NCBI GenBank assembly: GCA_031400975.1
Contig: JANNQX010000145.1
Coordinates: 7,754-71,753 of the forward strand
Length of the DNA stretch: 64,000 nucleotides
Direction of reading: 5' to 3'
DNA from: Gemmatimonadota bacterium
GTDB taxonomy: Bacteria > Gemmatimonadota > Gemmatimonadetes > Gemmatimonadales > GWC2-71-9
This document shows, piece by piece, positions 57,677 through 64,000 of the stretch. The notes beneath the pieces were generated by a model, which worked only from the letters and a program-made list of their open reading frames with translations, was not told the origin of the DNA and did no database searches. A program made the translations under genes and the position numbers. Each line of letters opens with the position of its first letter. Position 1 is the first letter of the stretch.

Positions 57677-57955
57677 CTAAGACAAGCCGAGCTGTTTGAC
57701 CAATCTCATCCAGTCGGCGTCGCTGACGGTGCCGTCCACTTTGAGGGGGGTCAGCGCCGCCATGATCTCCGCCCGGGTCCCGGAAATCCGGCGGTCCCGG
57801 AGTTCCGAGATCATCCGGGAAAACCGGTGCTCGTACTCGTTGACGTCGAACTTGCCGGCCTTCCGGCCGTCGGATAGGGCCTTGAGCTCTTTGGCCACAC
57901 GGGCCGGCGCAATCGAGGTTTCTTTTTCGTCAGCCATCGGGTTGGTCGACTCCAT
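57677..57955 (-). CDS. small hypothetical protein
   Basis: 92 aa (MESTNPMADEKETSIAPARVAKELKAL...), GC3-rich, located between the HD-GYP gene and ispG. No family recognised. Confidence 0.45.
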   Translation of the reverse strand: MESTNPMADEKETSIAPARVAKELKALSDGRKAGKFDVNEYEHRFSRMISELRDRRISGTRAEIMAALTPLKVDGTVSDADWMRLVKQLGLS

Positions 57956-58007
57956 CACTCGTGAAGGGTGGCGGGCGTTCGGACGCCGGAATGACTCCGG
58001 CGCGCTA

Positions 58008-59267
58008 CTACGCTCGCGCCATCGGGGACGTTGCACAAGTGGTCGCCGGCAGCTCGGGTTCCGGCGGCGCTTCAGTCCGAGGGGCGGTCACGTCGAGGCG
58101 CTGGACCAGCGCCTCGGTGACCATCTCGGAAAAGGCCCGGACAATCTCAGGGTCGAGCTCCCGACCGGACTGCTCGATTAAGTACGCCAACGCCTGGTCG
58201 GGCTCCCAGGCTTGCCGGTAGGGGCGATCGGTACAGAGCGCATCGTAAATATCGCAGACGTGGACGATCCGGCTGGCATAGTGGCACGCCCGGGGGAAGC
58301 GCATTGCCGGGTAGCCCTCGCCGTTCAGAAAGACGTGGTGCTCGTAGGCAACAACGGCGGCGAGCCCGAGCCCCCGTTCCCGCTCGAGAATAAGGCGAGC
58401 CCCGTCAATGGGATGGCGTTGGACGATTTTTCGTTCCTCGTCGGTGAACCGGCCCGGCTTGACCAGCAACTCGTGCGGGATGGCCACCTTGCCGATGTCA
58501 TGCAGCAGTCCCGCGACGCCCACCGCCCGAGTTTCCGCCGGCGAGAAGCCCAGCCGCTCGCTCAACCCCATCGCGAGCACCGAGACGTTGCAAGCATGGG
58601 TGGTGGTGTATTGATCGTATTGCTTCAAGGCCAAGAGCGGCACCAGCATTTGCTCGCCTTGGTGCATCGCCGAAGCGAGGGCGTGGACGACGGCCTCGAC
58701 CTCAGCCATCGGAATTTGACCGCCATCTTGGACTTCGCTGTGGATCCACCGAACCGCGGCGACCTCTTCCGTGAGGTCCACCGCGATGCCTGACACCCCA
58801 GCCTCCCCGCGACCGTCGTCCGTCAAATCGGTGAGCCGGGGGCCGACGGCCCCGCCCGTGGCAGGGTCCTTGACCTTGAGCTGGCCGAACCGAATCGGGG
58901 GCCGAACCAGTTGGCGGGTCTCGGCCGTGTCGAAGCAACGGCCGGTCACCTGCCGGAACAGCTCGTCGACGAATTCGAAGTAAGCCTCCCGGGTAACGTC
59001 CGCGTCAATTTCGATCCGCTCGACCCGAGCCGCCGACAGCTTGGAGGCCCAGTCCCAGGTTGAGAGCTCCGCCATGACCCGCGTTCCAACCACCGACTCG
59101 CCGCCCAGAAAGGAGTACTCGACGCACGGGTTGCCGTCCGTCATGGCCAGCAGTTGTTCGAACGAGGTGTCGAGGGCGCGCTCGCGGGCCGGGTGACCCT
59201 CGTTGTAGAGACTCATCGTCGCGAGCGCCTGCCCGAGCGAGATCAGAAAGCTGGATTCAGGGGTCAT
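58008..59267 (-). CDS. HD-GYP domain cyclic-di-GMP phosphodiesterase
   Basis: ATG at 59267 (ATGA overlap with the upstream gene). HD motif GLLHDIGKVAIP and the HD-GYP signature AYEHHVFLNGEGYP. Confidence 0.85.
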   Translation of the reverse strand: MTPESSFLISLGQALATMSLYNEGHPARERALDTSFEQLLAMTDGNPCVEYSFLGGESVVGTRVMAELSTWDWASKLSAARVERIEIDADVTREAYFEFVDELFRQVTGRCFDTAETRQLVRPPIRFGQLKVKDPATGGAVGPRLTDLTDDGRGEAGVSGIAVDLTEEVAAVRWIHSEVQDGGQIPMAEVEAVVHALASAMHQGEQMLVPLLALKQYDQYTTTHACNVSVLAMGLSERLGFSPAETRAVGVAGLLHDIGKVAIPHELLVKPGRFTDEERKIVQRHPIDGARLILERERGLGLAAVVAYEHHVFLNGEGYPAMRFPRACHYASRIVHVCDIYDALCTDRPYRQAWEPDQALAYLIEQSGRELDPEIVRAFSEMVTEALVQRLDVTAPRTEAPPEPELPATTCATSPMARA

Positions 59268-61273
59268 TGCGCAAACGCTCCATTGCAGGCAGCTATCAGG
59301 TCGGCATCGCCGGAACGGAGCGCCAGGCGGAGGACCGCATCGGCACCTGGAGTTCCAGCCCACCGGGTTGCGAGCACCCGAAGCTTCGCGATCACGATCG
59401 GCGATTTTGACACCAGGCGCTGGCGCCGATACCACGAAGGCCGGGTCGTCATGTTCGCCAACAACCAGTCCCGAACGGTCGGGGTGTCGAACTGGCTCAA
59501 GATTCCGATCGCTCGGGACCGGAGGTCCTCAGTCCGTTTCCGGTTGCTCAACAAGATCAGCAGCCGAGTCAACGACTGGCGGGGCAACCGCTCGGCCCCG
59601 GCCGCGATCGCGACCTCAACGACCCGCTCATCGTCATCGACCAGGGCCGCATGCAAGGCATCGTCGCGGTGGGCCGGGTCGCGAAGCACCAACCGGTAGG
59701 CTTCGACCCGCACGACCGGATCGTCTGCGCTGAGATACCCGCGGACGTCGAAGCCGACGGGAAGAGTCGGGAGTTCCGCCAAAATCCCGAGCAGCCGACA
59801 CCGTTCGGCGGTGCCGCCTCGATCGAGTTGGGCAATCACCCCATTGAAAATGGCCGGACCCATCGCCACCAGGCGGGCCACCACCAGCCGCCGAACCGGC
59901 CCCGATTCGAGCGCCACCACCCGATCGGTCAACACCGGGACCTCCGGCTCACCGGCCCGGGCGAGCACGAGGCCGATCGTCGCCGGATCGAGCTCCCGAT
60001 CGTGAAGCATTCGCCGGAGCTGCTGGGGCGCCAGCAACGGTTTCCAGATGACCGCAGCCGCCGGGTCGTCGCCGACCGACTGAAGCAACTCGACCAACGC
60101 CGCCGTTTCGCCTTCGCCAACACACTGTTCGACCGCCTCCAACACGTGATCGCCCACGCCATTCGTTTCGATCGTGATCTGAATGACTCGGAGCCATTCC
60201 TCGCTCGGGGCGCCTTCCGACGTCGTAGCCTGCTCATAGCGAGCCAAGGTCTCCAGCAGCCGAGCGTGGCTCTTGGAATTCGGGTCGGACAGCGTCCAGT
60301 CTTCGAGGAGGCCTTTGACGATCTGCCGGACATCCCGATCGGCCACCGCGCGTGAGCCACTCCCTCCCCTACCCTGCCGACTCATTTTCTGGAGCAACCG
60401 AAGCAACACCGTCGACATGGCCTTCCGGTTGGCCCGGGCGGCCGATTCGACCAGCTCGATCAAAGCGGCCGCCGGCAGCCAATCGACCGCGGGGCGGATC
60501 CCGACCAGGCCGTCGCGACCGACGTCGATATCCAGCAGCAGATTGAGCGCGTCCGGCGGGAGTGTTGCCAGGAGATCCCGAAGTCGAAGGTCCGCTTCGA
60601 CCCGGGCTTCGCCCTCCAAGGTGAGATTGAGCCGCCCCATTCGCTCGATGGCCGCGGCGACGGCACCCCGAGTCTCCGTTGCGCTCAGCCGCTCGAGCAT
60701 CATCGCGACGAAGGCGGGCGACGCAAACTCGCCGACCGAGATGCCCTGGTCATCCCCCGAAACGAGTTGAGCCAGGTCCTGCCAGAGATGGTCGACCTGG
60801 ACCCCGACTTCATCGCCGTCGCGAAGGGTGAGGGCGTCGAACGCGATCGGGACGACCTCGGCGTGTTCCGCCTCAAATCCGGGGGTCGATCCGAGTCGGT
60901 CGCTCCGGCTACCCTCGGTGACCAAGTACTCGGTGACCGTGGTGAACTCCGCCAGCGTTAGGCCGGATCGAAACACCAAGGCGCCAACCTGAATCCGGTG
61001 GAGTCGAGCGGCGAAGTCGCGAATCACGAAATGGGCGGGGTCGGTCACGCCTTCTTCCACCAGCAGCTGACTGCGGGCCACCCCCACTTTGAGCGCCGGA
61101 CACCCCTCCAGGATGGCCGTCAGCGACCGATACGCCGTGGTCAGGGCCGAGTGGCGCATCGGGTGGCTCGGTGGATAGGCCCGTTGCTTGTGAAGAGCCA
61201 CCGCAAGGCTGGTCAAGAAACCGACCACCTCGGGCGAAACAGGCGCCGCGGTAGGCAGCAGCACCCCGGTCAT
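59264..61273 (-). CDS. hypothetical alpha-helical (HEAT-like repeat) protein; N-terminal domain homologous to that of the adjacent HD-GYP protein
   Basis: 669 aa. FLTSLAVALHKQRAYPPSHPMRHSALTTAYRSL aligns with the HD-GYP protein's FLISLGQALATMSLYNEGHPARERALDTSFEQL. Confidence 0.6.
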   Translation of the reverse strand: MTGVLLPTAAPVSPEVVGFLTSLAVALHKQRAYPPSHPMRHSALTTAYRSLTAILEGCPALKVGVARSQLLVEEGVTDPAHFVIRDFAARLHRIQVGALVFRSGLTLAEFTTVTEYLVTEGSRSDRLGSTPGFEAEHAEVVPIAFDALTLRDGDEVGVQVDHLWQDLAQLVSGDDQGISVGEFASPAFVAMMLERLSATETRGAVAAAIERMGRLNLTLEGEARVEADLRLRDLLATLPPDALNLLLDIDVGRDGLVGIRPAVDWLPAAALIELVESAARANRKAMSTVLLRLLQKMSRQGRGGSGSRAVADRDVRQIVKGLLEDWTLSDPNSKSHARLLETLARYEQATTSEGAPSEEWLRVIQITIETNGVGDHVLEAVEQCVGEGETAALVELLQSVGDDPAAAVIWKPLLAPQQLRRMLHDRELDPATIGLVLARAGEPEVPVLTDRVVALESGPVRRLVVARLVAMGPAIFNGVIAQLDRGGTAERCRLLGILAELPTLPVGFDVRGYLSADDPVVRVEAYRLVLRDPAHRDDALHAALVDDDERVVEVAIAAGAERLPRQSLTRLLILLSNRKRTEDLRSRAIGILSQFDTPTVRDWLLANMTTRPSWYRRQRLVSKSPIVIAKLRVLATRWAGTPGADAVLRLALRSGDADLIAACNGAFAQ

Positions 61274-61502
61274 GGGGGGCCTTCAGGTGGGATGAAATCG
61301 GGCTCTGGCGGAGGCATAGCGTCAAGATTAGAGGCAGAAAACGCGCCAGCTCATTTTCAGCCAAGCACAAACCCGTAATTCATTTGAAATCAACAGCTTA
61401 CAAAATCATCGCCCGGGAGAAATCAGACCCAGTTCGGTAGTCCGCCATCGGCTCCGGCAATGCTCGGCACTGGTGTTCGGCCCTCGAGACTCGGCTCCGT
61501 GT

Positions 61503-62090
61503 TCAAATCGGGGGGCGGGGGCGGGGCGGGGCCGCCCGGTTCACATTGGGGTTCGCCGGCGCCGCGGGAGGGGCCGGTGGGGCGGGGCGGACGTACCGGC
61601 GGGGGCGGTCGTGGTAGTAGTCGGCATTCGTCCCGGGAGCGAGATACTGTGTGGAGGGTGACACAGCATATTCCCAGACCCGCCACCGCCCTCCTTCTTG
61701 GGCCACAATCACCGTTTCGCCTCCGAAGGTCCCGCCCCGAAACTCAACCCGAGTATCGAAGATTACCGCCTCCGGGTACCGATTGGGTTCGATTGGGACG
61801 TAGCGCAACGAAGTGACTTTGCGGTTAACGACGGGCTGGAGTCCGTCGGCAGCGCCGGACCAGACATGCTCCCAGGTTTCCGGCAACACAGACCCTTGGA
61901 AATGAGGGCTGCCTCGCTCCCAGGCGGCGCGGGGGCTCCCATCCCGGACCAGATTGAACCAAATCACAAGCTCTCGCTCCGCGGCTTCGACGCTGGTGCT
62001 CATCGCACCCACCGTGGCTCGGTCGATCAGTTGAGCTTCAAGCGGTCCGCCACACAGGGTGGCGGCGATCAAGGCGATCAAGCGGCGCAT
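61503..62090 (-). CDS. secreted hypothetical protein with Pro-rich C-terminal tail
   Basis: ATG at 62090 with a GGGAGGG RBS. Signal peptide MRRLIALIAATLCGGPLEAQ. Tail PAPPAPPAAPANP...PPRPRPPI. Confidence 0.55.
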   Translation of the reverse strand: MRRLIALIAATLCGGPLEAQLIDRATVGAMSTSVEAAERELVIWFNLVRDGSPRAAWERGSPHFQGSVLPETWEHVWSGAADGLQPVVNRKVTSLRYVPIEPNRYPEAVIFDTRVEFRGGTFGGETVIVAQEGGRWRVWEYAVSPSTQYLAPGTNADYYHDRPRRYVRPAPPAPPAAPANPNVNRAAPPRPRPPI

Positions 62091-62176
62091 CGAACCCTCC
62101 CGGTTCAGACCCCGGAAGTTTGGCCTGAACCGAGGCAATGCGCCAGGCGGCCCCTAGGACGCTTGGCCGATGGCGT

Positions 62177-64000
62177 TCAGCCGCATTCGCTGAAGCCGCA
62201 GACGTGGCATTTCACGCAGCCTTCGGCGAACTCGAGTTGGGAGCCGCAATCGGGACAGGACCCGGCCAGGGTCTGCTGCATGCCGCCCAGGGTCATCTGC
62301 TCGTTGCCAACGACGACGGCCTGGCTCACGGGCTCGGCCAAGGAGCCCGAGACCGCGGGGCCAGGAAGGAGTTCCTGCTGGATTCCCTGCTTCTCGATCA
62401 TCCAGCGCTCGAGCGCAATGCCAACAGCGTCCGGCACGGACATGACCTTGTTGGCGCCAAGGCCCATGGTGCGATCCGAACTGATCCCGCGGAGCTGGCG
62501 ATGAATTTCCTTGATCGGAATGCCGGAACGGAGGGCCAAGGAAATGAGGCGGCCGAGGGCTTCGACGTCGGCCATCAAAGCACCGCCGGCTTTGCCGAGG
62601 CTCATGAATACTTCGAATGGCTGACCCTTGTCGTCCTCGGTGATCGTGACATAAAGGGTCCCGAGCGGGGTCTCAATTCGGCGAACGGAGCCCCGGAGCA
62701 ACTCGGGGCGCGACCGCTTTTGTCGGCGCTGGAGGTTTTCCGACTCAAGCTCGTGGACTGACTTACGCAGTCGATCGTTCTCGGACCGGACTTCCGCCAA
62801 CTCACCATGGAGATCGGCGCTGTCGTTCCTGGGAGCCGCAACCGAGGCAGCCAAGTTGAGTACGGCCGTGGCCGCGGGTTGCTCGGCGGTGACCATCATC
62901 CCGGCGAGATCGCTCCGGGCTTCCGCCGTGCCGGATTTGGTGGCGTCCGCTTGGACCTTCTTGGCCGTCGATCCGGACGACAGGACCTGCATGTCGCGAC
63001 TACCGTCGCGATAGACGGTGACACCTTTGCAACCGAGTTCGAAGGCCATTCGATAGATCTTCTCGACCTCGATCTCGGTGGCGTGATTCGCGAAGTTCAC
63101 GGTCTTCGAGATGGCACTGTCGTTCGCTTCTTGGAAGGCGCTCTGCATCCGAACATGCCATTCGGCGCCGATGTCATTGGCGGTCACGAACACCCGTTGC
63201 CACTTCTCAGGCACCTCGGGATGACGGGCATGGCCGGTTTCGGCCACCCGCTTCAAGAGCGCGTCAGAATGCCAGCCCTCCCGCTTCGCGATTGCCACGA
63301 AGTCCTCGTTGACATCGGGCATCAAGACACCGGCCTGATTGCGCATGAAGGCCACCGCGAAAAGCGGCTCAATCCCCGAGCTGCAGCCCGCGATGATTGA
63401 GATCGTGCCGGTCGGGGCCACCGTAGTGACGTTGCAGTTCCGGAGCCGTCGCATCGGCCGAACCCGTTTGCCATCCAGATCGCGGGCACAGGTGGCATCC
63501 GGTCCCCAAATGCTCCGTTCCCACTCCGGGAACGCCCCCCGCATCCCAGCGAGACGTTCGGACTCAACCTTGGCCTCGTTGTCAATGAACCGCTGGATCT
63601 TCCGACCGAGTTCGACGGCTTCGGCGGAGTCATAGGCCATGCCGAGGCGAACAAATACGTCGGCGAGGCCCATGACGCCAAGCCCGATCCGGCGAATCTT
63701 CTGGGCGAGGGCCGTGATTTCCGGCAACGGATAGTTGTTGGCGTCGATGACGTTTTCGAGGAAATGAGTGCAGAGGTGCACGACCCGCCGGAGCTGGGCC
63801 CAATCGAGATCGCCGTCGGCGACGAATTCGGCCAGATTGACCGAGCCGAGGTTGCAGACGTCGTAGGGCAAGAGCGGTTGCTCGCCGCACGGGTTCGTCG
63901 CTTCGTAGGAACCGAGGTGAGGGACCGGATTGTAGTGATTGGCCCGGTCGATAAAGAAGACGCCCGGTTCGCCGGTTTTCCACGCGCCGTGAATGATCCG
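62177..64000 (-). CDS. nrdJ: class II (adenosylcobalamin-dependent) ribonucleotide reductase, C-terminal ~600 codons; 5' end beyond the window
   Basis: The frame is open to position 64000: ...GEPGVFFIDRANHYNPVPHLGSYEATNPCGEQPLLPYDVCNLGSVNL (active-site NPCGEQ). C-terminal Zn ribbon CPDCGSQLEFAEGCVKCHVCGFSEC. Confidence 0.9.
   Translation of the reverse strand, partial: RIIHGAWKTGEPGVFFIDRANHYNPVPHLGSYEATNPCGEQPLLPYDVCNLGSVNLAEFVADGDLDWAQLRRVVHLCTHFLENVIDANNYPLPEITALAQKIRRIGLGVMGLADVFVRLGMAYDSAEAVELGRKIQRFIDNEAKVESERLAGMRGAFPEWERSIWGPDATCARDLDGKRVRPMRRLRNCNVTTVAPTGTISIIAGCSSGIEPLFAVAFMRNQAGVLMPDVNEDFVAIAKREGWHSDALLKRVAETGHARHPEVPEKWQRVFVTANDIGAEWHVRMQSAFQEANDSAISKTVNFANHATEIEVEKIYRMAFELGCKGVTVYRDGSRDMQVLSSGSTAKKVQADATKSGTAEARSDLAGMMVTAEQPAATAVLNLAASVAAPRNDSADLHGELAEVRSENDRLRKSVHELESENLQRRQKRSRPELLRGSVRRIETPLGTLYVTITEDDKGQPFEVFMSLGKAGGALMADVEALGRLISLALRSGIPIKEIHRQLRGISSDRTMGLGANKVMSVPDAVGIALERWMIEKQGIQQELLPGPAVSGSLAEPVSQAVVVGNEQMTLGGMQQTLAGSCPDCGSQLEFAEGCVKCHVCGFSECG

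Noticed and set aside
61441-61500. Degenerate heptamer-like sequence (tgctcggcactgg...ggccctcgagactcggctcc) downstream of CDS 61503..62090
   Set aside because: It has only isolated, imperfect units and no tandem periodicity. It could be a decayed copy, but the evidence is too weak to call.

Overview
Visibly GC-rich bacterial chromosomal segment, densely coding, with many 4-nt start/stop overlaps (ATGA/GTGA). It looks like core housekeeping DNA, not a mobile or defence island. No transposase, integrase, CRISPR array, tRNA or rRNA was seen. The gene content (many TolB-propeller S9 peptidases, expanded MacB/FtsX permeases, MglA/MglB) suggests a Gemmatimonadota/Acidobacteria-like organism; this is a low-confidence inference.

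Gene order, left to right:
- A minus-strand peptide/fatty-acid catabolic cluster: crotonase, acyl-CoA synthetase, D-aminoacylase and two tandem S9 peptidases.
- Class-V aminotransferase, RidA and an M20 peptidase.
- A small protein, an HDOD protein and a hybrid histidine kinase, convergent with a very large NtrY-like membrane kinase.
- A TolC / periplasmic adaptor / ABC ATPase operon followed by four FtsX-type permeases.
- A BshB1-like deacetylase, cysteine desulfurase, mnmA, a third S9 peptidase and ppk1.
- A long minus-strand block: dnaX-ybaB-recR-(small ORF)-mglB-mglA-pgsA(frameshifted)-cinA-grpE-dnaJ.
- A glycolytic cluster: fba, then divergently pyk, an MBL hydrolase and pgi.
- A 1073-aa Ig-like surface lipoprotein.
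- The operons ispG-ccdA-tlpA-(Trx-like) and HEAT-like/HD-GYP, then the 3' two-thirds of class II RNR (nrdJ).

The most unusual signal is not a gene. It is a dispersed family of GCCGAGY heptanucleotide tandem arrays at seven loci between 24.8 and 56.4 kb. One forms an 'empty' ~33-bp hairpin with an AUUAUCUU tail inside the permease operon. Another pair forms inverted arms, with the same tail, that enclose a four-helix-bundle (23S-rRNA-IVS/Avd family) gene wedged between a hand-predicted SRP RNA and dnaX. The remaining arrays are read through as coding tails or linkers of neighbouring genes.

All functional calls rest on my own recognition of motifs in the supplied translations. No database search was possible.
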